DNA from: Burkholderiales bacterium
GTDB taxonomy: Bacteria > Pseudomonadota > Gammaproteobacteria > Burkholderiales > Burkholderiaceae_C
DNA: 55,540 bases
Assembly: GCA_038327205.1 (NCBI GenBank)
Contig: JBBQKT010000001.1
Coordinates: forward strand, 1-55,540
Direction: 5' to 3'
The position numbers were made by a program, and so were the translations under genes. This document shows positions 1 to 10,054 of this stretch, one piece after another. Within the stretch, counting starts at the first letter, position 1. Each line of letters starts with the position of its first letter. The notes below the pieces were generated by a model. The model saw nothing but the letters and a program-made list of their open reading frames with translations, was not told where the DNA came from and ran no database searches.

Positions 1-138
1 CGCCCCTTGACCGAGTCGGCAATCATTGACCCAAGACGTATCGATGTTGAACATGCCGAAGCGAGCGTCGAACTTCGGACCGCGAGGAGGCAGCGGCCAC
101 CGGTTAATGGCTGATCTTTTCCATTTGCAGTCGAGGAG

Positions 139-291
139 TTACCTTTTGCGGCTTGCAGTTAGTCCCGTTTTGGTTTTTACGGCATTGCCGCCCCCAGTGG
201 TCACCTTGTCGGCCGAGCCTTGTCTCTTCTCTTCTCTGCTCTTCTCCGACTTTCTGCTTGAACTGTCGCTCCGGCTTCCACTCGTAGGCAT
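139..291 (-). CDS. small hydrophilic Ser/Lys/Arg-rich protein (50 aa), not in ORF track
   Basis: Manual translation MPTSGSRSDSSSRKSEKSREEKRQGSADKVTTGGGNAVKTKTGLTASRKR*; GAGGAG RBS 7 nt before ATG; candidate -24/-12 site upstream at 340-355. Confidence 0.55.
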   Translation of the reverse strand: MPTSGSRSDSSSRKSEKSREEKRQGSADKVTTGGGNAVKTKTGLTASRKR

Positions 292-339
292 GCTTGAACT
301 CCTCGAAAAAATGTCGCGAAGATGCGCTCACACAACACA

Positions 340-355
340 GGCATTCGGTATGCCC
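340..355 (-). promoter_or_regulatory. candidate sigma-54 promoter for the 50-aa ORF
   Basis: Minus strand GGGCATA-CCGA-ATGCC (GG-N10-GC); quasi-palindromic, so it also fits the + strand. Confidence 0.4.
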
Positions 356-562
356 GATTAAATCGGCTTCAGCTCTTGAGGCCGCAGCACCAGCACAGAC
401 CGTGTCCAGTCACCGGTCGAAGTTTCATCGAAGTTTGCGTCTCCAAGTCGCTATGAGATTCGTCGATCAACCGGAGATGGGGTGTTCTCTTTCGCATCAG
501 GCGCGCTGATCGCTTTGGCACTTTTCTGCAAAGAATGACTCGAGGCGCCCCTCGTGCGATAT

Positions 563-578
563 CGGCATGCGATTTGCC
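563..578 (+). promoter_or_regulatory. sigma-54 -24/-12 promoter upstream of DUF883 gene
   Basis: CGGCATG-CGAT-TTGCC, GG-N10-GC spacing. Confidence 0.65.
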
Positions 579-668
579 CTTGGAACGGCAACAGTTGCCC
601 CGCTTCGTCTTGGACCAGCTGCGGCGGCTGATGGAATCTTTCACCCGTTCCACGCCGAAAAGAAAGAT

Positions 669-986
669 ATGAAAGCTCACCAAGTTGGTCGGAAGATCCC
701 AGACCCTGGCGCCTACTCAGACATGGCTGCATCGGCTGTGGACCAAGCGGCTCAGAGCGTTCGAGACACTGCTGATCGCTTGACCGAAGAGGCCGCACCC
801 GCAACTCAGCGTTTACAAGACAACGTTTTAGCTACCGTTGCTTCTCTCAATGACAGCGCAGGCCGGATGCGCCAATTCGGTGTGGAGCGTGGCGTAAGCT
901 TGCGTGGATTGGTGCGCAATCGCCCGCTGGGGGCGGTCGCTACTGCAGCGGCCATCGGGTTTCTCGTCGCGCGCATTGCGCGCTAG
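669..986 (+). CDS. ElaB/YqjD/DUF883-family membrane-anchored protein
   Basis: Helical Ala-rich body and C-terminal VRNRPLGAVATAAAIGFLVARIAR tail; start moved to ATG 669 after a purine-rich stretch. Confidence 0.7.
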   Translation: MKAHQVGRKIPDPGAYSDMAASAVDQAAQSVRDTADRLTEEAAPATQRLQDNVLATVASLNDSAGRMRQFGVERGVSLRGLVRNRPLGAVATAAAIGFLVARIAR

Positions 987-1376
987 GCACACTGACCAAG
1001 CTTATTTGCTAGCTAGCCGCTCATGGGGCATGTTCACCTTTTCGCTGCCCACCCAGGCTAATGTCGCAGTCCCAAGATAGTTAGCCAAGACCACACCCTT
1101 TGATCGACAGTGCTAATAATCGCTGCGATGAGTTGGGAGCTGATGCCCCTTGCCTATGCTGGAGCCCTGGTTCCAGTGGACCGCACGCTGAGTGCAGATG
1201 TCGATCTCATCGGCGACCCCGATCCGAAACAAACAACTGCTGCTGGAGCGGCAGCTGCGGGCGTCTAATGACCCAGAGATGATTTCTGGCAGACAAGCAG
1301 GCAGACAGGCAGATTAGGTCGCCATCGCCTTTGGCACGTGTCGAGGCGTATCATTTGATTTAAATGGGAGATCAAA

Positions 1377-1709
1377 ATGAATCGCATTGAAAAGGCACAC
1401 ATAGACGCGGGCTCTGACACGAGCGCGCAGCGCGCTTTAGGCGCAAACTCGCCCAAGCCGGGCTCGGCGGTCGAACATAAATCGCTTCCGCTCCCGCATG
1501 AACGCGACCAGTCAATCGATGCCGTGGAAGAGGCACCGCAAGACGTGATGGTTCAGGCGAAGAAAGATATTGACGCTGGGCTGGTGGACACCGACATGCG
1601 CGCAACGCCCGGACTTGACGCGCAACTCCGTGAAGCCATGGTGCCAGATCCCGTCAAATCGAGTCGACCGGCAAAGCGGCCAATAGAAACTCGGAAGACC
1701 AAGCCTTAA
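1377..1709 (+). CDS. hypothetical hydrophilic protein (LPHERDQS...GLVDTDMR motif)
   Basis: GGGAG RBS before ATG; 110-aa ORF. Confidence 0.65.
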   Translation: MNRIEKAHIDAGSDTSAQRALGANSPKPGSAVEHKSLPLPHERDQSIDAVEEAPQDVMVQAKKDIDAGLVDTDMRATPGLDAQLREAMVPDPVKSSRPAKRPIETRKTKP

Positions 1710-2122
1710 CTTCTGCGAAATGCGTAGAAGGGTCTTTGGTCTGTGCGATGCCTTTGTGGCGTCATGCTCGGCTTTAAGGCTTGCCTTGCTTAGAGTTCAA
1801 GACTGGCAACATCGTTCTCGGTATCTCATCGCCTAGATTCGGCAGAATTTACCTGCCGACGGCTTGAACAAGTGGGCGCAGCCTGGCGCCGTCGATGCGC
1901 AACTCGTCATCCAGACATTTTGTTGCCACGGTCACGAGGTACTCCGCCGAAAAATTCCTTACTCGGCGGAGCTCCGGTACTTTCAAAAGGTGTGTTGCTG
2001 GCTCAGCCTCGGTCTGCGCGGGCGGCCCGCCTTTGCCGGCGCCCATCACCAGCATTGGCATTGTTACCTGTGCGATCACTGCCCATTCATGCCGCTTCGA
2101 CGATCGCGAAGTATTGGACGTA

Positions 2123-3829
2123 TCAGTCGATGGCTGAAGGCACGCCGACCCGGCGTAACTCGTCACGCATCATTTCAAGGCGAAGTGGTTTGGACAGATA
2201 GCCGACGACACCAGCCTCATAGCATCGCGCCGCTGTTTCGGGGGAGTCATCTGCTGTCGCCATGACAATTGCAAATGGCGCTACACGGCCTAACCTTTGA
2301 AGTTCAACGATACGTCGGCTGGCGTCAATGCCGCCAAGCACAGGCATGTTCACATCCATCAACACCAAGTCCGGCGGCATGTGCTTGCAATGCTCGATAG
2401 CATCCAATCCATCTGCCACGGCTGCCACTTCATAACCTAGCACCCTCAAAAGGCCACAGGCCACGATCCGGTTGACTTCAATGTCATCCACCACCAGGAC
2501 CCGACGTCGGCCAGACAGGCTGTGCGATATTGTGTCCAGACCCGCAGTGGCCATCTCGAAATTCTGTGCCTGCGATGAGGCGTCAAACAATTCACTGGGG
2601 CTCAACGGTTCTACGCGAACTTCCCAGTTGGGCATCCAGTTCCGCTCAAGCAAGGCTGAAGAGCCCGCCCCCACGAGCAGGACGCAACGCGTACGCTCCG
2701 GCATACGGCTTCGCAAGTGCGCCAAGTTTGATCGCGATATCACTGGGTGATTGCTGATCAGCAAAAGCTCAGGCAAGTCATTGACGTCTGCAGCGCTGAC
2801 AGCCCTGAATAGATCGACCGCTGAAGAGTATCGCCAGACGCGCCATCCGAGTCGCTGTAGTCGGCGTTCAAGAACAGCAGATTCGATATGTCGTGTGTCA
2901 ACAATCCACGCACGTGCGCGCTCTGCCCGGCGCTGTGGCTCGATCCCGATTGGGTTCACTTCCAGTTCCAGCCGTAACAGAACGCCTTCGACCGGGTGAC
3001 TTGCAAAGCTGATCTCGCCGCCCGAATTTGGGCAGGCACCGTGGGCATACACAAAGCCGCCGGCGTCATCATTTGTCGGTGACGCGGTGCCAACAACGAG
3101 TCCGAGTCGATGCAGGACATCAGTAAGGTGTGATGGCTTGTCAATTCGCTCACTACCTGCGATGTTGATCGTCAGTGAGTGCCCGCCAGTTTGCTTCTCC
3201 GATGAATCGGCCGCCACCATCACAATGCCATTGCCCATCAGGTCAAGCGCCCCGCAGATCAAGCGATAGAAGGCCGAATGCATTGCGACTTCATCACCGT
3301 AAAGCACCAGCTCTGGGCCATCAGCGTCGTAAGAAATTTGTTGGCGGTTGGTGCCAACCGAAACCAGCAATTCGCGCGTTGCCTTCGTCAAGATATCGAA
3401 AATCTTGAATTCTGATGGCGCTCTGAACCTTTTCGTGCCTTTCCAATGGGCGCTCACCGTTGCATAGAGGCCTGTATGGTCGATTGGCTTGGCAAAGGCG
3501 CGATCAAAGCGAGCTTCAATCAGTGCGAGGTCGTCAACTTGATCACTTCTCCCTGTAACCGCGAGCAGAAGCGGCGCTCTGTTGCCGTGTGTCCCCTGGC
3601 TGGCCTGAGTCGCTACTTGGAGACCGCTGAGTCCAGGCATCTCTAGGTCGAGGATGAGCACATCGTGCGTGGTGAGACGTGCGAGTTCAAGCGCTTGCGT
3701 TCCGTCATAAGCCGTGTCCACATAACAGCCGAACTCTAGATGGATCAGTGTTGCCAGTGAGTCGGCGCTGTCGCGATTGTCATCGGCGATCAACACTTTC
3801 ATTTCAGATATTGCCTGCTCTGCAGCCAT
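2123..3829 (-). CDS. multi-receiver signalling protein with degenerate HATPase-like core
   Basis: N-terminal REC (IADDNRD..LILDLEMP..FAKP), C-terminal REC (VVDDIEVN..LMDVNMP..LSKP), degenerate REC between; no H-box seen. Confidence 0.8.
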   Translation of the reverse strand: MAAEQAISEMKVLIADDNRDSADSLATLIHLEFGCYVDTAYDGTQALELARLTTHDVLILDLEMPGLSGLQVATQASQGTHGNRAPLLLAVTGRSDQVDDLALIEARFDRAFAKPIDHTGLYATVSAHWKGTKRFRAPSEFKIFDILTKATRELLVSVGTNRQQISYDADGPELVLYGDEVAMHSAFYRLICGALDLMGNGIVMVAADSSEKQTGGHSLTINIAGSERIDKPSHLTDVLHRLGLVVGTASPTNDDAGGFVYAHGACPNSGGEISFASHPVEGVLLRLELEVNPIGIEPQRRAERARAWIVDTRHIESAVLERRLQRLGWRVWRYSSAVDLFRAVSAADVNDLPELLLISNHPVISRSNLAHLRSRMPERTRCVLLVGAGSSALLERNWMPNWEVRVEPLSPSELFDASSQAQNFEMATAGLDTISHSLSGRRRVLVVDDIEVNRIVACGLLRVLGYEVAAVADGLDAIEHCKHMPPDLVLMDVNMPVLGGIDASRRIVELQRLGRVAPFAIVMATADDSPETAARCYEAGVVGYLSKPLRLEMMRDELRRVGVPSAID

Positions 3830-4458
3830 TTTGTTACGCCCGGGTCAAGTCAGGACTTGCTTGGGAAACTAGAGATGGCGACGACGTCTGGCGGGGTTGG
3901 GCGATGGCGATCATATGAATCGGGCTCCAGCGGAGGTTGACAACACGATTTCAAGAACCGCCATGTTTTCACTGCTGCGTTGATTGGACATACGGGCAGT
4001 ACCCATACTCAACGTAGGACAAAACCTCTTCTTGGCTTGCGTCAGCTCAATGGACTCAACGTTCCAATCTGTGTGCGAGTCTCGAGCGAACGGTTTGGAT
4101 CCCTGTCACTCCACTCAGCCCCCCCCCGCACCACAATCGTTGACGACTCCCAGATTTTTCGAGAAAGTGGAGGCGATGAAAGACGAATTGGCAGGGGCGT
4201 GCAGGTCTGGGGTAGAACTGCAATGCTCGCCGCCCTGCTGAGCGCGCTTTACTTGCATGCGGACTTTCCCGAACAGGCGGTCTATGTGGAACTCCCGGCA
4301 CCACACCGATAGGCTTGGTGATGCAATTCAGAAGCTGTCGAGAGACGCTGCCAAACGTTCGCGAACCTGGCTTTGCTTTGAGGATGCAATCGGGAGGAAA
4401 AAGTTGTGCTAAAAATCTCAGAAACTGCCGTTGCAGAGCCCGCTCGCGACCTTTCCTG

Positions 4459-6714
4459 ATGACCATGGCCGTATCAATTCGAACCCGTTTATTGCTGCTG
4501 ACAGGGGCAGTTTTATTGCCCGCTCTGGCATCAGCGTTGTTGCTTATCAGCCGTGCTTGGCAGGATGAGCATCGAGCGATGGATGAGCGAATGCGTGAAA
4601 CGACGCGTGCCATGTCGATGGTTGTGGACCGGGAATTGAGCCAACGCATGGTCTTGGCTCGGCTATTGTCCTTGTCACGAAATCTCGATCAAGCACCAGA
4701 GCTCTCGACCGAAGATAAGGTGTCGTTTGAGCAACAAGCGCGCCGTGCGATGCAGGGCATGCGCGGCTGGGTGGAACTGTCGAGTGCAGATCGCGTTTTG
4801 CTCAGTACCCAAGCGTTGTCAGGAAATGAAGACTCGCCATTGCAGAGTGCCTCTGCCTCTGCCTCTGCCTCTGCCTCTGCCTCTAGGACTGGACTGCTTG
4901 AAGTTCCGACGACCGAGTCTTTGAAGTCTGCTGCGCCTGGCAGGCGATTCCGCGCCTCAGTGACGCATCCCGTCGAACGGGATGGGCTCAACCTCCTCAA
5001 TCTCAGCGTCACGATCCTGCCTGAGGAATTGCAGGCCATCATTGCCCAGCAGCGCCCTCCAGCAACTTGGGTTGCCACGATTCTTGATGCTCAGGGTACC
5101 GTCGTGGCCAGGTATCCTGGTGGTGCCAGCTTCGTTGGTCACGCTTCGACGCCCGATCTTAAAAAGATGCTGGACAAGCACCGTGAGGCTTCGTTTGAGT
5201 CGGTGAGCCTCGACGGCACGCCTGTCGTTGCCTACTTCAACACTTCGGCGCAGGGCTGGACCTATTTGATGGCCGTGCCGCGTGCTGAGCTAGCCAGCGG
5301 CAGCGCCAGGGCCTTGCTGCCGCTTGCTTCAGTCAGTTTGCTGATGTTGGTCGCAGCATTGGCTGCGGCTCTATGGGTTTCTCGACGTATTTCTCGACCG
5401 ATTGATGCCTTGAATGACGCTGCTGCTGCGCTGCGGGCCGGACAGCCGGTGGCGGCTGCATCGACGGGCATCTTGGAGTGCGATGCAGTCTCTCTGGTGC
5501 TGAGTGAGGCATCTTTGTCCATCACGCAGGCGCAGGCCAATTTGCAACGCCAAGTGGATGAGGCGATTGCGAACACTCGCGATGCAGAGCAGCGTGTTTC
5601 GCAGAACCAACGCATTGAGGCTCTTGGCCGGTTAACCGGTGGCGTGGCGCACGATTTCAACAACCTTTTGGGCGTCATCAGTAATGCTGCGCACTTGATT
5701 CAGCGGCTGGCCGTGCTTGGCAAGCCCTCGCCGATGCCGGTCGAAGCGATCCTGCGCGCTGTCGACGTTGGCAGCCGACTCACGCAGCATCTGCTTCGTT
5801 TTGCGGGTCGGCAGCCTGTACGACCTCAGCCGATCGAACTCGCTTCATACCTCGACGATGCGCGAGAGCTGATCGGGGCTGTGTTGAGTAAGCGAATTCA
5901 AATCGGTGTTGAGGTGGCGCCTGGAACTCGGCCTATCAAGGTCGATATTGCCGAACTGGAACTGGCTTTGATCAACATGGCCCTGAACGCGCGTGACGCA
6001 ATCACTGGGACGGGTCAGGTCTGGGTTCGAGCCCGCAATGCGGGGCCTGATGATGGACTCGTCAGCAGTGCTGGTCCGTATGTGATCATCAGTTTTAGCG
6101 ACAGCGGGCACGGCATGACGGAGGAACTGACGGAGCGCGTTTTTGAGCCGTTTTTCACCACAAAGCCGATGGGTAAGGGCACCGGCCTGGGTCTGAGCCA
6201 GGTGCATGGATTTTGTGTGCAAGCTGGCGGCACGGCACGGCTGGCAAGTTCGGATGGCTTGGGCACGACCGTGCAGCTGTTGTTGCCGGCCTGTGAGGAG
6301 CGTGCCACGCCACAGCCGACCCGGGTGCCGCTCAGCGGGTCGGGACTGCTCGGGGCGCGCGTGCTCCTGGTTGATGACAACGATGAGCTTGGCCGCATCA
6401 CGGAGGCATTGCTGAACTCATTCGGATGCGTTGTCGATAGAGCTCGCCTGGCGCGGGAGGCCATGGATCTCTTTGATCAGGCAGAAAGTTATGACGTGGT
6501 GCTTTCCGACGTTGTAATGCCTGGTGAAATGGACGGCGTAGCGCTCGCACGCTGGCTGCGCGAAAGACAACCCGATTTGCCTGTGGTGTTGATAAGTGGC
6601 TTCAGCGAAGCATTGACCGGCGCTCAAGACTTCATTGTGCTGCGCAAGCCCTGTGCGCCTGCTCAGTTGCTGGAGACGCTCAAACGTTCAATGAAGGATC
6701 GTCCAGCTCGGTAA
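4459..6714 (+). CDS. membrane-bound hybrid sensor histidine kinase (Cache-like sensor, HisKA, HATPase, REC)
   Basis: Two TM segments; GGVAHDFNNLL H-box; NMALNARDA N-box; FEPFFTTK..GTGLGLS; C-terminal REC; start uncertain (4459/4465). Confidence 0.9.
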   Translation: MTMAVSIRTRLLLLTGAVLLPALASALLLISRAWQDEHRAMDERMRETTRAMSMVVDRELSQRMVLARLLSLSRNLDQAPELSTEDKVSFEQQARRAMQGMRGWVELSSADRVLLSTQALSGNEDSPLQSASASASASASASRTGLLEVPTTESLKSAAPGRRFRASVTHPVERDGLNLLNLSVTILPEELQAIIAQQRPPATWVATILDAQGTVVARYPGGASFVGHASTPDLKKMLDKHREASFESVSLDGTPVVAYFNTSAQGWTYLMAVPRAELASGSARALLPLASVSLLMLVAALAAALWVSRRISRPIDALNDAAAALRAGQPVAAASTGILECDAVSLVLSEASLSITQAQANLQRQVDEAIANTRDAEQRVSQNQRIEALGRLTGGVAHDFNNLLGVISNAAHLIQRLAVLGKPSPMPVEAILRAVDVGSRLTQHLLRFAGRQPVRPQPIELASYLDDARELIGAVLSKRIQIGVEVAPGTRPIKVDIAELELALINMALNARDAITGTGQVWVRARNAGPDDGLVSSAGPYVIISFSDSGHGMTEELTERVFEPFFTTKPMGKGTGLGLSQVHGFCVQAGGTARLASSDGLGTTVQLLLPACEERATPQPTRVPLSGSGLLGARVLLVDDNDELGRITEALLNSFGCVVDRARLAREAMDLFDQAESYDVVLSDVVMPGEMDGVALARWLRERQPDLPVVLISGFSEALTGAQDFIVLRKPCAPAQLLETLKRSMKDRPAR
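4849..4884 (+). repeat. (GCCTCT)x6 in-frame tandem repeat encoding (AS)6
   Basis: Read directly; lies inside the kinase sensor domain. Confidence 0.95.
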
Positions 6715-6730
6715 CGAACACGGCGTTGAC

Positions 6731-6746
6731 AGGCATGCCAATTGCC
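6731..6746 (+). promoter_or_regulatory. sigma-54 -24/-12 promoter
   Basis: AGGCATG-CCAA-TTGCC upstream of the 6775 and 7016 genes. Confidence 0.65.
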
Positions 6747-6774
6747 ACCTTCGTTGCCTGCATCAGGTCGGGGT

Positions 6775-7011
6775 ATGAAACTGTCAATGGATAACGTGAC
6801 CACTTTAAAAACCCCAGACCGGGCACTTTGGGGACGAATGCTCCTGCTAGATTCCGCTTCCGCTTCCGCTTCCGCTTCCGCTTCCGCACCCAGCCTTGCC
6901 CTGTGGATGGGTTCAGGCCTAGTCATGATCGGCTTCTTGGTCCCGTCTTTGCTATTGCTGGTGTGGTGCTTGCCGCAGGCAGCACCTTGCCAATTTCAAT
7001 TGCGGGAGTAG
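6775..7011 (+). CDS. small putative membrane protein
   Basis: Hydrophobic C-terminal half; sits between a sigma-54 site and the L,D-transpeptidase gene (4-nt gap). Confidence 0.4.
   Translation: MKLSMDNVTTLKTPDRALWGRMLLLDSASASASASASAPSLALWMGSGLVMIGFLVPSLLLLVWCLPQAAPCQFQLRE
6852..6887 (+). repeat. (TTCCGC)x6 tandem repeat encoding (SA)6
   Basis: Read directly. Confidence 0.95.
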
Positions 7012-7015
7012 GGCA

Positions 7016-7669
7016 ATGAACCGTCGTTCTTTGTGCCTGGCTTTGATCGCTATCAGTTGCGGTGCCGCCCGCAGCGGCATCGTCACACCCGAACATAGTG
7101 CCGTGCCCGGTTTGCCGCTTTTGATTTCCGCTGACGTAGGGGAATTGCTTGTGTGGCTTGAGCGAACGGGCGACCATCAGGGCTTGCCTGTGGTCGTGGT
7201 CGATAAGCACGCCGCACTGCTTTGGTTTTTTGACGGGCGCCTGAATAAATTAGGGGGCACGCCCGTGCTACTCGGACTAGCGCTTGGCGACGAGTCAGTG
7301 CCCGGCATCGGCACGAAACCGCTGGCTGAAGTCAAGCCGGCGGAGCGCACCACCCCGGCGGGTCGGTTTCTGGTGGAGCCTGGTATCAATGCGCAGGGCG
7401 AGGACGTCCTGTGGGTTGACTACGACAACGCTGTCTCAATGCATCGGCTGCGTATATCCAGTCCTCATGAACGACGCGAGCAGCGTATGGCTTCGTCAAG
7501 AGCCGCAGATCACCGAATTACTTACGGATGTATCAACGTCCCGCCTGAGTTTTATAACAAGGTACTCCATCCGGCATTGATCGACAAAGACGCACTTGTG
7601 TATGTCTTGCCAGAACAATCGCCACTTGCTTTGTGGCTGGATCGTTTGGGCCAAAGACCCGGACCCTGA
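7016..7669 (+). CDS. L,D-transpeptidase (YkuD-like) family protein
   Basis: Signal-like N-terminus; TTPAGRF; SMHR...ITYGCINV His/Cys motif. Confidence 0.8.
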   Translation: MNRRSLCLALIAISCGAARSGIVTPEHSAVPGLPLLISADVGELLVWLERTGDHQGLPVVVVDKHAALLWFFDGRLNKLGGTPVLLGLALGDESVPGIGTKPLAEVKPAERTTPAGRFLVEPGINAQGEDVLWVDYDNAVSMHRLRISSPHERREQRMASSRAADHRITYGCINVPPEFYNKVLHPALIDKDALVYVLPEQSPLALWLDRLGQRPGP

Positions 7670-8160
7670 ACTTGGCGCGAAACTGAGCCTGACGCAGATG
7701 GAAATTGAGATCGTGAAGCCACTGAATAGTTTCAGGCCTTCAATTTCGGTCTTGCCGTGTTGGGCGTGGGCGATGCGTTTGGTCGCGGCGCATAGCGTCA
7801 GTAGCAAAGACTCCTTTGGCCCCGATACGGCTCGGCGCTATTGGCGTTGCTGTTGCCGTAACTATTTCCTTTCGGGCCGCTGGCGGTGCCGGTAACCATG
7901 CGGCCATTGTTGCTGGTGCGGCCCTTTTGCCGTCGGATTCAGAACTGCTGCCGACAGGCATACCGTTGTTGTAGGTGCTCGGTCACCATGACGCGGACAT
8001 GGTGCGCGTCGCCCGGCCTCAGCAGCTTTCGCCCAACCGGCTCTTCCTAGCCGCGCCGATGCGCTCGCCCTATATCAGCGGCTGAAGCTGCACGTCACTG
8101 GCAGCATCAATGCCGGTTATGGTTTTTACGTCGGCTGAAAGGGCGCCCATCGCAGACCTT

Positions 8161-8176
8161 GGGCATGCGACTTGCC
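8161..8176 (+). promoter_or_regulatory. sigma-54 -24/-12 promoter of the yeaQ-like operon
   Basis: GGGCATG-CGAC-TTGCC, 38 nt before ATG 8214. Confidence 0.7.
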
Positions 8177-8213
8177 CATCACGCTGCACCTTTAACCTTG
8201 ATCGGAGATTGCA

Positions 8214-8477
8214 ATGAACCTCATCATTTGGCTTGTCGTGGGCGGCTTGGTCGGCTGGGTCGCCAGCTTGATCATGAAGACAGACGGCCAGCAGGGTCTG
8301 ATCCTCAACGTTGTGGTCGGCATCGTCGGCGCGGCAGCGGCCGGTTGGCTCATTTCGCCGCTGGTGGGCGTCGGCACCATCAACCAAGACCAGTTCTCCA
8401 TCGGTGCGCTCGTCGTGTCCCTGCTTGGCGCGCTGTTGTTGCTGGCCGTGGTGAAGCTGTTCCGTCGCTCTGCCTGA
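8214..8477 (+). CDS. GlsB/YeaQ/YmgE family stress-response membrane protein
   Basis: WLVVGGLVGWVASLIM..NVVVGIVGA..SLLGALLLL pattern; GGAG RBS. Confidence 0.9.
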   Translation: MNLIIWLVVGGLVGWVASLIMKTDGQQGLILNVVVGIVGAAAAGWLISPLVGVGTINQDQFSIGALVVSLLGALLLLAVVKLFRRSA

Positions 8478-8550
8478 GCAGGCGCCGGCAAGCGCTCTTC
8501 TTCCACCGCTCTACCCACTTTTTCACACCGTCAATTTTTCAAGGAACACC

Positions 8551-8877
8551 ATGACTACCGTCCAAGACAATCAGAAATTCACGCCAGCCTCCACGGATTC
8601 ATCGATCAACAAAGACCTCGATTCCACCGTGGATCGGGTGGTGCAGGGCGCACACGAGACGGTTGATCGTCTGGCTGACGCTGCGACGCCTGCCATCGGC
8701 AAATTGCAGGATCACCTGAACGCTTCGGTCGATGCGCTCGGGGACAGTGCCGGTCTGGTGGAACAACTCGGTGAAGACGGGGTTGCAAGCCTGCGCGCGC
8801 TGGTCCGCGAACACCCGCTGGCAGCACTGGCTTCAGCCGCCGCCGTGGGCCTGCTGATCGCCCGACTGTCCCGCTGA
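8551..8877 (+). CDS. ElaB/YqjD/DUF883-family protein
   Basis: C-terminal VREHPLAALASAAAVGLLIARLSR; AAGGAA RBS. Confidence 0.8.
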   Translation: MTTVQDNQKFTPASTDSSINKDLDSTVDRVVQGAHETVDRLADAATPAIGKLQDHLNASVDALGDSAGLVEQLGEDGVASLRALVREHPLAALASAAAVGLLIARLSR

Positions 8878-8890
8878 GCGTCATCTGCCC

Positions 8891-9517
8891 ATGACCACCA
8901 TCCGGGATGACGGTAGCGCGGTGCCGCGTACAGCGGCAACAGACACCGCGAGCGCTGCTGCAAAGGGCGCCTCTCAAGCCGATCATCAAGGCGGACCATC
9001 ATCCCGGGAGCCGACCTCTGCCAAAGCGGGGACCACGGCCGACGAGTCGCTGTTCTCGCTGCTGAAGGGTCTGGGCAGCGCGCTGCGGATGGGTCTGAAA
9101 GACCGTGTCGAACTGCTGGTGCTTGAGTTGCGGCGTGCCCGTGGCGCAGTCTCCAGCCTGTTGCTGCTGGCTGCGATCTCTCTGGTGCTCGCAATCGGCA
9201 GCTGGCTTCTGCTGGTGGCAACAGCGGTGATGGGCCTCATCGCGCTGGACTTCAGCTGGGTCGCCGCATTGGGCCTGTTGGCCCTGGTGCATGCCACCGG
9301 TCTTGCAGTTGCCGCGCTGCGCATGCGCCGGCTGGCCCATGTGGTCGGCCTGCCTGGCACCCGCTGCCACCTCACGCACCTGCTGGGTCCGGGCGAAGAG
9401 GACTTGGGGGACGCGGAAAACTCGGCAGCAGCCCGGCAAGGTTCTGGCGTGACAACGCCGGCTGCAACGTCGAGTCCCGGCGCTCCGGGCGTGGCGGGCG
9501 TGGCGGAAAGGCGCTGA
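8891..9517 (+). CDS. YqjE-like (phage holin family) membrane protein
   Basis: DRVELLVLELRRA followed by two TM helices; yqjD-yqjE-yqjK-like gene order. Confidence 0.7.
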   Translation: MTTIRDDGSAVPRTAATDTASAAAKGASQADHQGGPSSREPTSAKAGTTADESLFSLLKGLGSALRMGLKDRVELLVLELRRARGAVSSLLLLAAISLVLAIGSWLLLVATAVMGLIALDFSWVAALGLLALVHATGLAVAALRMRRLAHVVGLPGTRCHLTHLLGPGEEDLGDAENSAAARQGSGVTTPAATSSPGAPGVAGVAERR

Positions 9518-9519
9518 CC

Positions 9520-9996
9520 ATGAGTACGAATAATTCTTCCTCTTCTTCTCTCGATGCCCGCATCCTGCGGGTGGAAGCCCGTTTGATGCGTCGCGACGCT
9601 GATCTGCAGCAGCGGTTGATGAACATCTCCCAGCGGCTGCGGTGGCGGCCGAAGGCGACCCGAATTGCATGGGGACTGGGCGGTGCGGCGGGTGTGGTGG
9701 TGCTACTGCGTGCCTTGCGGCGCCGGCACAAGATGAAGGTGGTCACCTCAGCGGGGCGCACGACCGACGGGGCAGCTGCGAGGACGGATGCAGCGGATGT
9801 GGCTGGGCAGCTTCCGGGTCTGCTGCAGGGTGCGCTGCCCTTCCTGCCTGCCCGCTGGCGGGCCCATCCGCTGATGGCGCTGGCGCCGCTGTTGCTCGGC
9901 GCAGTGAGTTCGCTCGGTATCCCGTTGATGCGCTTGCTGGCGCCTCGCCAAACATCACGCTCGCCTGCTGAACGCCGGCGTCGATCAGCGGACTGA
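9520..9996 (+). CDS. hypothetical membrane protein (YqjK-like position)
   Basis: 2 nt after the previous stop; coiled N-terminus plus hydrophobic segment. Confidence 0.55.
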   Translation: MSTNNSSSSSLDARILRVEARLMRRDADLQQRLMNISQRLRWRPKATRIAWGLGGAAGVVVLLRALRRRHKMKVVTSAGRTTDGAAARTDAADVAGQLPGLLQGALPFLPARWRAHPLMALAPLLLGAVSSLGIPLMRLLAPRQTSRSPAERRRRSAD

Positions 9997-10054
9997 TCGC
10001 CGTCGCTTTGGCCGGTATTTGTTCGGGCTGGCCTGGCGAAGCCGGCGCAAAGAA

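Noticed and set aside
516-530. TGGCACTTTTCTGCA as a sigma-54 promoter
   Set aside because: GG-to-GC spacing is 9, not 10
1332-1347. TGGCACG upstream of the 1377 gene as a sigma-54 promoter
   Set aside because: Good -24 element but no GC at the correct -12 position
3980-4312. Overlapping short ORFs between the two signalling genes
   Set aside because: Possibly a frameshifted remnant, but no recognisable homology or RBS
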